Positions 1 through 9,408 of a stretch of DNA of 32,000 nt are shown piece after piece (the first letter of the stretch is position 1; every line of letters starts with the position of its first letter). The notes beneath the pieces were generated by a model. That model had not been told where the DNA came from. It made no database searches and saw only the letters and a list, made by a program, of their open reading frames with translations. A program made the position numbers and the translations under genes. The stretch is taken from the NCBI GenBank assembly GCA_021650915.1, contig CP091279.1, positions 30,001-62,000 on the forward strand, given 5' to 3'. Source of the stretch: Candidatus Brocadia sp. GTDB lineage: Bacteria; Planctomycetota; Brocadiia; Brocadiales; Brocadiaceae.

Positions 1-1
1 A

Positions 2-832
2 GAGTTAAAAAAGCTGATGAGGATAAGCGCAAAGGCGTCAAGCAGCGGGGGGAAAAACAAGGAAGAGCATGTGAGGAGTTACTTGGAATTATCGAGGGGT
101 TTGAGTGAAAAGATAGGAGCGAGTCTGTTAGCCATCTACGAAAAGGTGCTAACGACGAACCAGGTAGACAAGCATGCAGGGAAAATAGGGACACTGGAGT
201 ATTTTCACGGGATGTTGAATAAACAGATAGACCTGGTGGAGAGAAGGGTGATCCGGGATGAGGTAATACCGGCGGCAGAAAAGGTTCATTCGTTGTTTGA
301 GCCGCATACGGAGTGGCTGTACAAAGGCAAGTCAAACAAAAGGGTAGAGTTGGGACATAATATTCTGGTAGCAAGCGATCAGTGGGGTTTCATCGTGGAC
401 CATGTGGTAGGAGAAAAACAGGCGGATGTATCGTTGGTAATTCCATTGGCAGATAGGTTGTTGAGCCGTTACGGAGAAGGCACAATAAAGAGTATAAGTT
501 TTGATAAAGGTTTTTACAAGAAAGAGAATAAAGAGTTGCTGAGTTTGTATATACCAGAGGTAATCCTTCCCAAGAAGGGCAAGAAGAATAAGGCGGAACA
601 GGAAGAGGAATCGGGTAAGACATTTAAGAAGCTAAGGCACAAGCACTCGGCGGTAGAATCGGATATCAATCGTTTGGAGCATCACGGCTTGGATAGGTGT
701 CCGGACAAAGGGCTGCATGCCTTTAAAAGATATTGTGCAATGGGCGTGTTAGCTGCGAATTTGCACAAGCTGGGAAACGTGCTGCAGGAGAAGGCACGGA
801 AGCAGTGCGAAAAGTTGCGAAAAGCCGCCTAA
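2..832 (+). CDS. Transposase, ISNCY/IS1202-like, C-terminal part (open at the left window edge)
   Basis: Frame is open from the window start; DGFIVDH-like motif, SFDKGF, PKKGKKNK, KLRHKHSAVESDINRLEHHGLDRCPDKG and final NLHKLGNVL match this transposase family. Confidence 0.8.
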   Translation, partial: ELKKLMRISAKASSSGGKNKEEHVRSYLELSRGLSEKIGASLLAIYEKVLTTNQVDKHAGKIGTLEYFHGMLNKQIDLVERRVIRDEVIPAAEKVHSLFEPHTEWLYKGKSNKRVELGHNILVASDQWGFIVDHVVGEKQADVSLVIPLADRLLSRYGEGTIKSISFDKGFYKKENKELLSLYIPEVILPKKGKKNKAEQEEESGKTFKKLRHKHSAVESDINRLEHHGLDRCPDKGLHAFKRYCAMGVLAANLHKLGNVLQEKARKQCEKLRKAA

Positions 833-1420
833 GCAAGCAAAAAACACGAAGAAAAACAGTCTGCCGGGAGGCAGGTACGCCCAGACAAGGCTAAAATAAA
901 GGGGAAAACAAGGGAAATATGTAAAAGAACAGTATTTTTGCCAAAAACCCTAATCTCAAATCTTAAAATTATCTATTGGTAAATAGAAAATCGACCTCGC
1001 ACTTTTACAAAAAGTGCGTTTTCGTTCAGACACTAAGTACTAATAGTCATACGTAAAAAAGAAAAAGAAGAAACTGCCTTTTCAAAATGGTTTTTGTTTA
1101 CCCTTCTCTCTCTTGCCTTGCTATTCCCCCTCTTTTTGACATTGAAAAATAGTATCAGTTTAGTTTCATAAAATCCTGGCAAAACAATTTTTCACAAGCT
1201 TTTGCTGGTTCAATTGTTCTCGATTGAACCAGCCGTGGGAGGATTACTCCTGCCGTCTATTCGATCGGCAAATGCACGTTGAACCATGCCTTTTTCTATC
1301 GTATCACGGACTGAATCGAACAGTTTCAATGCGAACTTATTCTTGACAAGATGATCCGCTTTATAATATCTTAACATGATACATCTTTATGACATCGGCT
1401 ATAAGGAAAGGCGGAGAGAT

Positions 1421-1978
1421 ATGGCACAGGAAAAGAAAGTCAATGGAGTAGACGTTGAGCAGTTATTTAGTACCATTGAGGGCATTAAAAAAAAACCAGA
1501 AATTGCGAAGTTTAAATTCCGGGCAACGAATAAGTGGGTCGACGGCACACACAATCGTGCAACGATTAAAGATTTTTATGGCGCTGGCAAGGAGGATAAT
1601 TCACGTGAGCCTCTCGTATTTGAGTTAGATGAACCTCCTGTTCTTTTGGGAAAGAATGAGGGGGCCAATCCTGTTGAATATCTTCTCGTTGCCTTATCGG
1701 GTTGTTTGACGACAAGTCTGATTGCTCATGCATCTGCCAAAGGCATCAAAGTAAGGGCGGTTGAATCCAGGCTGGAGGGAGATTTAGATCTTCGCGGTTT
1801 TCTGGGAATATCGGAAGACGTTAAAGTCGGTTTCGAGAAGATCCGCGTATACTTCAAAATCGACGCGGATATATCCGCGCAACAGAAGGAGGATCTCATC
1901 CGTATGGCTCAGAAATACTCACCGGTATATAACTCTATCGCCAATCCTGTTCCTGTCATTGTTCAACATGAAGAGTAA
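1421..1978 (+). CDS. OsmC family protein
   Basis: ORF 1376..1978 with preferred internal ATG at 1421 after GGAGAG; OsmC-type pattern GANPVEYLLVALSGCLTTSLIAHA...VESRLEGDLDLRGFLG. Confidence 0.85.
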   Translation: MAQEKKVNGVDVEQLFSTIEGIKKKPEIAKFKFRATNKWVDGTHNRATIKDFYGAGKEDNSREPLVFELDEPPVLLGKNEGANPVEYLLVALSGCLTTSLIAHASAKGIKVRAVESRLEGDLDLRGFLGISEDVKVGFEKIRVYFKIDADISAQQKEDLIRMAQKYSPVYNSIANPVPVIVQHEE

Positions 1979-3062
1979 GGTCTATTTTATCAAAGTCGAA
2001 AATGGCGAAGGTGTTGCTTCCGTTGCGCAAAAGGCGCGGCATCTCTTCGATGTCGCTGGTTTTGCATCTGCGATTCAAAAAAATAATATGGTGGCAGTAA
2101 AAACCAGCTTTGGCGAAAAAGGGAATATTGGACATCTCAAGCCACCGATCATAAAGGCCGTTGTTGACAAAGTAAAGGCGTGTCATGGCAAACCCTTTTT
2201 GATAGAGACAAACACCCTGTATGTAGGCCGTCGCACGAATGCTGTTGATCACATCTCACATGCCCACGAGCACGGTTTCAGCTATGAAAACACCGGCGCC
2301 CCCATTATTATCGGAGACGGGCTCTTTGGTGAGCATGGTGTGCAGGTGGAGATTAACCAGAAACTGTGCAAATATGCGTATGTCGCTGGCGTGGCCCAGG
2401 CGGCAAATGTCATCGTCTCAATTGCACATGTGACGGGACATTTAGCCACCGGTATGGGCGCCACCCTGAAGAATATCGGCATGGGGCTCTCCGCGCGGGG
2501 CGGAAAACTTGCCCAGCACTCAGGCGTAATCCCTCAAATTCTCAAGAAGCGTTGCAATACCTGTGGCGCGTGCGGTAAATGGTGTCCGGTGGGGGCAATT
2601 CATATGGATGAGCAATATGCCGTCATAGATTCAAAACTATGCATTGGGTGCGGTGAATGTCTGGCTGTCTGCCAGTTCGGTGCGGTGAAAATTGCCTGGG
2701 ATGAAAATACGGTCAACCTCCAAAAAAAGGTCGCAGAATACTGCCTGGCCATTTTAAAAGGAAAGACCGGTAAGGCTGTCTTTTTCAATTTCCTCACCCA
2801 CATTACCAAACATTGTGATTGCATGGACAAACCATTTGAGCCTGATATTGCCGATATTGGCATCATTGCGTCCACGGATCCCGTTGCCATTGAAAAGGCA
2901 ACAGCGGACATAATCAGGGATCAGATCGGATCGGACTTCTTTAAAGACGCCTGGCCTCAAATTGATTATACCATTCAAATTGCCTACGCACAGGAGATTG
3001 GCCTGGGCAGCATGGATTACGAATTGATACCGTGCGGACAGGATGCCGGTGTTGTCGTGTAG
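1968..3062 (+). CDS. DUF362 domain protein with 2x[4Fe-4S] ferredoxin domain
   Basis: ORF 1959..3062; DUF362-like N-terminus, CNTCGACGKWCP and CIGCGECLAVCQFGA cysteine motifs; overlaps the OsmC stop. Confidence 0.85.
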   Translation: MKSKVYFIKVENGEGVASVAQKARHLFDVAGFASAIQKNNMVAVKTSFGEKGNIGHLKPPIIKAVVDKVKACHGKPFLIETNTLYVGRRTNAVDHISHAHEHGFSYENTGAPIIIGDGLFGEHGVQVEINQKLCKYAYVAGVAQAANVIVSIAHVTGHLATGMGATLKNIGMGLSARGGKLAQHSGVIPQILKKRCNTCGACGKWCPVGAIHMDEQYAVIDSKLCIGCGECLAVCQFGAVKIAWDENTVNLQKKVAEYCLAILKGKTGKAVFFNFLTHITKHCDCMDKPFEPDIADIGIIASTDPVAIEKATADIIRDQIGSDFFKDAWPQIDYTIQIAYAQEIGLGSMDYELIPCGQDAGVVV

Positions 3063-3117
3063 ATGAGATATCCTATGGCAAAATCACAGGGAATATTGTC
3101 ATCTGAAAAATATTTCA

Positions 3118-3795
3118 TTACCCAGCGATGTCAAGAAGGGGAAGGAGTTCTGTTGGTCTTTTGATCAGGAGCCGTGCACCATTTTCCAGCAGCTCTTTTC
3201 CCGAACGGAAACCCCAGAGCGCCCCGACGGGAAACATGCCTGCCGCAACGGCGGTCTTCATGTCGATGGACGTGTCGCCAAGGTAGAGAAACTGTGATGG
3301 CGGGATGTTGAGGAACCGGGAAATTTCCATGGCGCCTGAGGGGTCCGGTTTGAGCGGTACGGTGTCGCACTGCCCCAGCACCAGGTCGAAGGTCTGCTGA
3401 GGGAAATATTCACTGACGCACCGCTTGGTAAAATCGTCCGGCTTGTTTGATAAAACAGCCATTTTCATGCCGTGCGCTGCCAATACATCAAGCATTTCTG
3501 TTACCCCATCGTAAGGCCGTGTCTTTATCTTCCACCCCCGTTCATATTCCTCCCGGAATGCCCGGACACAATCGAGGACAGTAACATCATCCCGCCTGTC
3601 TTCAGGGAGTGCGCGTCTCATCAGCACAACTGCGCCATCGCCTACCATATAGCGATAGTCGCCCGTATCGTGCGTGGGAAAGCCGTGTCTCTCCAAAACG
3701 CGATTTGCAGCGTTGCTCAAATCTTCCAAAGTATCAAGAAGCGTTCCATCAAGGTCAAAGATTATCGCTTTGAATAGCATTGCGTCTACCGCCAT
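3118..3795 (-). CDS. HAD family hydrolase (phosphoglycolate phosphatase-like)
   Basis: FKAIIFDLDGTLLDTLEDL (motif I), MAVLSNKP (motif II), PDPSG...FLYLGDTSIDMKTAVAAG (motifs III/IV). Confidence 0.85.
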   Translation of the reverse strand: MAVDAMLFKAIIFDLDGTLLDTLEDLSNAANRVLERHGFPTHDTGDYRYMVGDGAVVLMRRALPEDRRDDVTVLDCVRAFREEYERGWKIKTRPYDGVTEMLDVLAAHGMKMAVLSNKPDDFTKRCVSEYFPQQTFDLVLGQCDTVPLKPDPSGAMEISRFLNIPPSQFLYLGDTSIDMKTAVAAGMFPVGALWGFRSGKELLENGARLLIKRPTELLPLLDIAG

Positions 3796-3991
3796 AAATG
3801 ATCCTGATTTGCTTGATTTATAAGCAAAAAGCTCATAAATTGTGAGCCCTTACACGATACTGGCAAAAAGGGGATTGGATACTTTTCATATCATTCTGTT
3901 GATTATGGGTTGACATATTTTGCGGTATACGATAACATGCTGACAGCAATAAAATAAAGAGAAAAAAGCAATACTTTAGTTCTTTGAAAAA

Positions 3992-5372
3992 TTAACAAGC
4001 GATTTTGCAAGCAAACCCAGAAGGCGTTTTCACCATAAGGGCATTTTTTGCGCTAGCCAGAAGATTTTCCACTGGATTGATTCTTTGTAATTCAGCAGAA
4101 CGAAGCAGAGACATAAGGATGGCCTGTGTCTTAGCGCCATCCTCAGAGCGGTTCTGCTGTGAGACCTTTCTGGTCAATACTGGCTTTCGCATCTGTTGCT
4201 CAGCATGGTTGTTATAGGGACTGACATCCTCATGTTCCAGGAACGTAAAGAGTTCCTGTTTATGGCGGTTCAGGCGTTTGGTCAATCTTTGTGCATCTTT
4301 GTGCATCTTTATCCTGGCAGGGTGTTGCCAAAAACTGTTCAAGCCTGCAATACAGTCTATTTTTGAGCCTGAGAAAGCATGCCGGGTTTATCTGGTGCTT
4401 TTTCTCGGATAGCCGGATGGCATCCCTGAGTAATCGGGAGAGTTTTCTCCTGAAACTTTTCCATGAGACAGAATGGTTGTAGGTGTCTACTTTCACGAGT
4501 TCCGTAAAGAGATGATAGAAACACCGCTGCTTTGCCAGTGCGCTTGTCTTGTTATAAGCGCCCCAGAAGTCGCAGATCAGGATGCCCTTGAAGAGTCTGC
4601 CTAAGAACCTTTTTATGACAGGCGACCCCCGATTCCGTGTTATAAGGTAGTAGCAGAGGGTTTTGGTGGTAAAACACCATAACCAATGGGTTTTTCCATT
4701 CAACCGCCACCCGGTTTCATCTGCGTGCAAGACGGCGCTGGTAGAGACCTTTTGTCCAATATCGTTATACTGTGGTTCCAGGAGTGTTGCAAGAGCCTTC
4801 CAGGCCTGGGTTAAACCACCGGCGCTTACGTGAAGATTGAAAAATACGGAAACCATCTTTACAAGGTTGTTTACACTGATACCGACTACGTAATGAAGCC
4901 AGGCGGTAAAGACAACGAGGCGCAATCCGAGTCGGGCGTTTGGCAAGGCATCGGTGAGCGCGGGCTGAACGATCTTTTTGCAACAAGCACACCAGTAGCC
5001 ATGAACCGTATGTTCCGTCACGACAGGGTCGACCCGGGGGATATCCTCGATGTATCGCTTATACGTTCTCACCGGCTTTTGTAATGACTGCTGGCAGTCA
5101 GGGCACCTCTCCAGGGTATGTGTCTTATAGGCAGTTATGGTTTCCGGTCGTCTTCGGGAAACCCCCTTATGTCCTGGTTTTCTGCCACAAGGTCGTTTTC
5201 TCTTTTTACGGGTAGGCTTGAGATAAGGTGGCGTCATGCCCGAAGGGGTAGTTGGGCTTGGTTTATCGCAGAGTCGGTCATACTTCTCTGCCTTCCCGGC
5301 CAGTATCAGGATGACTTGAATCGCATCCTCTCTGTTCATCTCCAGGATGGCTCGGGCTTCATCCCTGGTCAT
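3992..5372 (-). pseudogene. IS66-like transposase, frameshifted
   Basis: ORF 4260..5465 (preferred start 5372 behind CCGGAGG) and ORF 3992..4342 are the N and C parts of one protein (CGRKPGHKG...HADETGWR...CDFWGAYNK... / ...SPYNNHAEQQMRKPVLTRKVS). A 10-bp tandem duplication near 4287-4310 separates the frames. Confidence 0.8.
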
Positions 5373-6240
5373 GAGCAAGAAGCCTCCGGAAATTTTTCTC
5401 AAGAGGATACAGGTAGAGTTCCTTCGTCTGGCCATGATACCGATAGGTATTGCCCCGTTTTGCACTGCCTTTGGTTTTTCCTACACGGAGCCAATTAGCT
5501 GCCTGATAGCAAGTGCCTTGAAATCGCGCGGTATCAACAAAGGTCTCCGCCAAATACACGGGATGTCCGTAGACAGCTTCCCAGTCATCTGACAAACGCT
5601 TGAGGGCAAGGGATAATACCTTGGATGCAAGGTGTTTGACCGTAACCCAGGGGGGAATGAGGAATCGCACGTTACTGGCAATTAAATGCAAGTGGGTGCG
5701 TTTGGTGGTCTCATCCCATCCGATGAAACGGTCACGGTCTTTGACCTTCCATGCTGCGCTTGCCCATCCAAGACAGGCAACGACCTGATTGCCGATATGT
5801 ACGATGTGCCTGACGTGTTCGCCAACAAGCCGGGGACATCCGAGGTAGTGGTAGTGATAGAGGAGATAACCCCAGAGGTAACTCTCTTGAGGGTCTTTTA
5901 CCACCTGGATCGTCGGGATTTCATACCCGGTGATAGTGCCTCCCAGTGTGCTTTTGACAAAAAGGGGTATCTGATCAAATATCTTAGGTTTCAGATTGTT
6001 TTTTGGTCGTATGCGGCCTGGAAGCGCTACCAGGCCCTGTTCTTCCAATCGCAGAAGGAGGTCTCGTGCCGCGTATTCTTTCAGCTTGCCATTGGGCTGC
6101 ACCCAGTTCCAACTTTTGCAAAGTTCACGGGAAATATAACTCCGCCCTTTGAGAAAATAACTATCAATGAGCGCCTTGATAAAGGCTATATCGTCTGTAT
6201 GCAGTTTCCGTGAACGGTATTGGAATAGTATAGGCTTCAT
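5359..6240 (-). CDS. DUF4338 (DruA-like) domain protein encoded within the IS66-type element
   Basis: YHYLGCPRLVGEHVRHIVHIGNQVVACLGWASAAWKVKDRDRFIGW...NVRFLIPPWV..LASKVLS...YLAETFVDTARFQGTCYQAANWLRVGKTKG matches the DUF4338 pattern; overlaps the transposase start by about 14 bp. Confidence 0.8.
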   Translation of the reverse strand: MKPILFQYRSRKLHTDDIAFIKALIDSYFLKGRSYISRELCKSWNWVQPNGKLKEYAARDLLLRLEEQGLVALPGRIRPKNNLKPKIFDQIPLFVKSTLGGTITGYEIPTIQVVKDPQESYLWGYLLYHYHYLGCPRLVGEHVRHIVHIGNQVVACLGWASAAWKVKDRDRFIGWDETTKRTHLHLIASNVRFLIPPWVTVKHLASKVLSLALKRLSDDWEAVYGHPVYLAETFVDTARFQGTCYQAANWLRVGKTKGSAKRGNTYRYHGQTKELYLYPLEKNFRRLLAHDQG

Positions 6241-6431
6241 AAACAGGTTCCTTTTCTCTGAAGCCTTTTATACCACAAAGGGAAAACTGACGCCAGCTTT
6301 TTTGTATCTTAACGCCCTGATGGTTAAAACGCCTTCTGGGTTTGCTTATAAAATCGCTTGTTAATTTTTCAAAGAACTAAAGTGTTACGCTTTTATCAAT
6401 CTTTGCGGCAGAATATAACTGGAGGTGTGTT

Positions 6432-6512
6432 GTGACAATTATTTATTGTATCGGTGGTATAATTTCTCTTCTTTTATTTATACTCAAGATGTTCATAAAA
6501 TGTGAATTTTAA
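6432..6512 (+). CDS. Small 26-aa membrane peptide, KdpF-like candidate (GTG start)
   Basis: GGAGGTG ribosome-binding site; translation M(V)TIIYCIGGIISLLLFILKMFIKCEF; lies just upstream of the kdpA start. Confidence 0.4.
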   Translation: MTIIYCIGGIISLLLFILKMFIKCEF

Positions 6513-6635
6513 ATTGATAATAAGGTGGCATGGACAAACTCTGTTTGTCCGTGTTGAACTACTATGAATCACAAATTGTGAGCCTGTGGAGTATATCTAT
6601 CTCTTGATAGCGCTCCTCAAGCCGGAGGTCTTTTC

Positions 6636-7020
6636 ATGAATTGGAACAGTGTTATTCAAGTCGCCATTTTTCTTGCCACAGTCATTTTGTTAGCTAAACC
6701 GCTGGGGACATACATGGCACGCGTATACGAAGGAAAATCTGCGGGTCTCAATGTAGTACTGGGACCTCTGGAACGTTGGATATACCGGCTTTCAGGAATA
6801 GAGACGGAAACAGGCATGTCATGGAAAGGATACGCCGTGGCGATGATGCTGTTTAATGGTATCGGCATAGTGGTAGTGTATACCCTTCAGCGTCTTCAGG
6901 CATATCTGCCTTTAAATCCCATGTCCATGCCAGGCGTTGCCCCGGATTTGGTTTTTAATACCGCCGTTAGTTTTGCAACGAATACGAATTGGCAAAGTTA
7001 CGGTGGTGAGACGACACTAA
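6636..7020 (+). pseudogene. kdpA: Potassium-transporting ATPase subunit KdpA, N-terminal part, interrupted
   Basis: KPLGTYMARVYEG...YLPLNPMSMPGVAPDLVFNTAVSFATNTNWQSYGGETTL matches the KdpA N-terminus; coding is broken at 7021 by an insertion sequence. Confidence 0.9.
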
Positions 7021-9029
7021 CCCGACTTTCGCAATTCGAGGGGTATACAACCCGCTAAGCCAGGAAAATCAAGGGGTCGTGTAAAAAGGTCGGCACTACA
7101 GGCCGACCTGCCCGGATACGTAAACCTTGGGCGGCGGTTGTTCAGGAAGCGTTAATCCCAACTGCGCCAAAAGGAGTAAAACGTCCTTCTCCGGCTGGGT
7201 ATAACGGCTCATGACAATATGACGGCCATCCGTGGTCGGTAAATGAACGTCTATCATTTGAATGCCCGACAGTTTTTCCAAAATCGCTTCAGACGTCAGC
7301 CCTCCGGCCCTCCCCCGCGCAAGATTGCGCAGTGTCGTGTGGAGACAAAAAGCCAAAAAGGAAACAAAGATATGGGCTTCAATTCTCCGTTCCAATTGAT
7401 GCCATAGGGGGCGGACGGAAAGAGACCCCTTCAAGTCCTTAAATGCCTGTTCTATCCGTGTCAACAGCAAATAATTTTCCCAGACGGTTTCTGGCGCGGT
7501 GGCCTGCATGTTGGAACGAAGCAAATAACGCCCCTCGCGCCGATACGCCTGCCTCAGATGTTCCCGATCCAAACTGAACCGGAACGTATTCTCATTGACC
7601 GGTTCCTGCGGTTTGGGAATGGAGATCGTGACCAGTCTGTAGTCTCGTCCGGCTTCTTTCTTTAACGCGCCAATATGCATGAGCAGGTCATCGCGCGTGA
7701 GGGCTTTTCGATTGCGAAGTTCGCGCAGACCCATCCACAAACGTCTGAGTCTGCGCCTACGCATGGCACGCTCCTTAGACACCCGGTCATGGCTTTCCAC
7801 GTAAACGTAAAACTCCGATTCCTGCCGAAGAACTTTCACGCGGACGCTCTCCCTCGCCCGCATCCAGGTTTGTTCGAGTAGCGGTTTTTCTACTCTCGTC
7901 AAATGCCCCTTCGGAGTCCCAACCAAATAATCAATCCCGCGCTCACGCATCTTTTCCAACATCTCCTCCGTTGGAATACCGCGATCCATAAGCCAGGTGC
8001 GCCGGAATTTCCCATACTGCTTTTCAATCCGATCCAGAAATTCCTCCAGCGTTGCGGCGTCTCTGGTATTGCCCGGATACACTTCGTAGGCAACGGGAAA
8101 TCCTTCCGGCGTTAACACCAATGCCACTACCACCTGCACGCAATCCGAACGTTTGTCCCGGCTATATCCAAACCGTTTCTTACTCCCCGATCCAGTCGGA
8201 GGTGGGTCACTTTCAAAATACGTACTCGTCAAATCATACAGCAGTACATCGTACTTCGCCCCAAAGAGCTTGCCCCACTTCTCCTTTAAATAGGCAAACA
8301 GCTCGTCCCGATGCTCAAGCAACAAATCCAAACAACGATACGCCTTGTCCTTCTGCGCCAGGGAATAATCCTCTCCCAGCAGATCGCCTATTGCGCTGCG
8401 CACGTACCACTCACGGTGAAAACGAAATTCGCTTCCCGGATCGATCAACCGGTAACAGACAAGCGCCTTCAGTATATTCAACCAGCTTGTCCCCTTCCGG
8501 CTTGACGGCAGACGCATCCTCCAGAATGTGTCCAGTTCCAGCATATTCCATACATACAATCCCAACCAGCTTGCTCCCCACTCCCGTGGATGGCGCAGCT
8601 CTATTTTGTCCAACCTCACCCGAACTGTCTCACCATCCGGTATCGGCATGGCTTCCCGGTCATCCGGAAACAATGCCAGTTGTCTTGGTTTCGGTTCTTT
8701 ACCCGACACCGCCTCTATCGTCCGAATCCACCCAGCCCGTTGATTGTCATTGAGTTCTCCCAAATAGAGAACCTGCCGTTGCACCACCCTTCTTCCGCTG
8801 ACCCGGCGGTTCTCTACCACGCTCCAATAACGGTGGGTTTTCCCATCTTTCGTTCGTGTCTTTTCCCGGAGAAACATGCGAGCATTTTCGCACTTCCTCC
8901 TGCATGCGTCAAGAGGGTAGGTCGGCACTACAAGCCGTTTTGAAAATTCACCCCTTGAATATCACGGGTTTCCTGGCGACTCTTGCCCAAAAATAAACTT
9001 TTTTGGGCGCGAATTGCGAAAGTCGGGCT
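7021..9029 (-). mobile_element. IS1634-type insertion sequence (2009 bp)
   Basis: Terminal inverted repeats CCCGACTTTCGCAATTCGAG (7021) and CGCGAATTGCGAAAGTCGGG (ending 9029), 19/20 complementary; flanking duplication CTAA at 7017-7020 and 9030-9033. Confidence 0.88.
7096..8928 (-). CDS. IS1634 family transposase
   Basis: 610-aa ORF; YDLTSTYFES, KRFGYSRDKRSDCVQVVVALVLTPEGFPVAYEVYPGNTRDAATL, IEQAFKDLKGSLSVRPLWHQLERRIEAHIFVSFLAFCL. Confidence 0.88.
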   Translation of the reverse strand: MPTYPLDACRRKCENARMFLREKTRTKDGKTHRYWSVVENRRVSGRRVVQRQVLYLGELNDNQRAGWIRTIEAVSGKEPKPRQLALFPDDREAMPIPDGETVRVRLDKIELRHPREWGASWLGLYVWNMLELDTFWRMRLPSSRKGTSWLNILKALVCYRLIDPGSEFRFHREWYVRSAIGDLLGEDYSLAQKDKAYRCLDLLLEHRDELFAYLKEKWGKLFGAKYDVLLYDLTSTYFESDPPPTGSGSKKRFGYSRDKRSDCVQVVVALVLTPEGFPVAYEVYPGNTRDAATLEEFLDRIEKQYGKFRRTWLMDRGIPTEEMLEKMRERGIDYLVGTPKGHLTRVEKPLLEQTWMRARESVRVKVLRQESEFYVYVESHDRVSKERAMRRRRLRRLWMGLRELRNRKALTRDDLLMHIGALKKEAGRDYRLVTISIPKPQEPVNENTFRFSLDREHLRQAYRREGRYLLRSNMQATAPETVWENYLLLTRIEQAFKDLKGSLSVRPLWHQLERRIEAHIFVSFLAFCLHTTLRNLARGRAGGLTSEAILEKLSGIQMIDVHLPTTDGRHIVMSRYTQPEKDVLLLLAQLGLTLPEQPPPKVYVSGQVGL

Positions 9030-9174
9030 AAGCTGTCTGACTCGAATGGCCGGATTAACCGCGCAGAATTTCGTGTCCGCCGCCACCGGTATGGCTGTCC
9101 TTGTGGCATTGATCAGGGGATTTATCCAAAAAAAGTCCGACACTATAGGAAATTTTTGGGTGGATCTGAGATGA
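9030..9174 (+). pseudogene. kdpA: KdpA continuation fragment, truncated at the 3' side
   Basis: [47 protein letters not shown] continues KdpA in frame once the IS and one CTAA copy are removed; stops at VDLR. Confidence 0.85.
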
Positions 9175-9408
9175 TTTCAACATTATTAGCTGATGAGCAG
9201 ATGGAAGCTGAAGAAAAGACAAAGATTGTTAAGCAGATTCATTCCGAAGTGGAACAGTTAAATGCCCTTTCTGCTGAGTTGCATAACATACTTAAATTAC
9301 GATCGAATGTTATTCCGAATGAAGGAAAACCTGCAAAACTTTAATATCGAAGGATGAAATTTTAAGCCCAGCATAAAACTCACATTTTGTGGGCATCCTG
9401 AGTAGATC

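Larger units (their letters stand above)
3968..6388 (-). mobile_element. IS66-type element carrying a DUF4338 gene plus IS66-like transposase
   Basis: Long imperfect terminal inverted repeats of about 70 bp: left GCAATACTTTAGTTCTTTGAAAAATTAACAAGCGATTTTGCAAGCAAACCCAGAAGGCGTTTT; right reverse complement GTAACACTTTAGTTCTTTGAAAAATTAACAAGCGATTTTATAAGCAAACCCAGAAGGCGTTTT. No matching 8-bp target duplication found. Confidence 0.8.

Noticed and set aside
5359-6240. Druantia-type anti-phage system
   Set aside because: DUF4338 alone is present, inside a transposon. No large helicase or other Druantia genes are seen in the window.
6167-6364. 65-aa plus-strand ORF ending NALMVKTPSGFAYKIAC
   Set aside because: Its end merely mirrors the transposase C-terminus because that coding sequence lies within the long terminal inverted repeat.
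3960-6396. 8-bp target duplication around the IS66-type/DUF4338 element
   Set aside because: Left flank AGAAAAAA and right flank GCTTTTAT do not match, so recent intact insertion at this site cannot be claimed.
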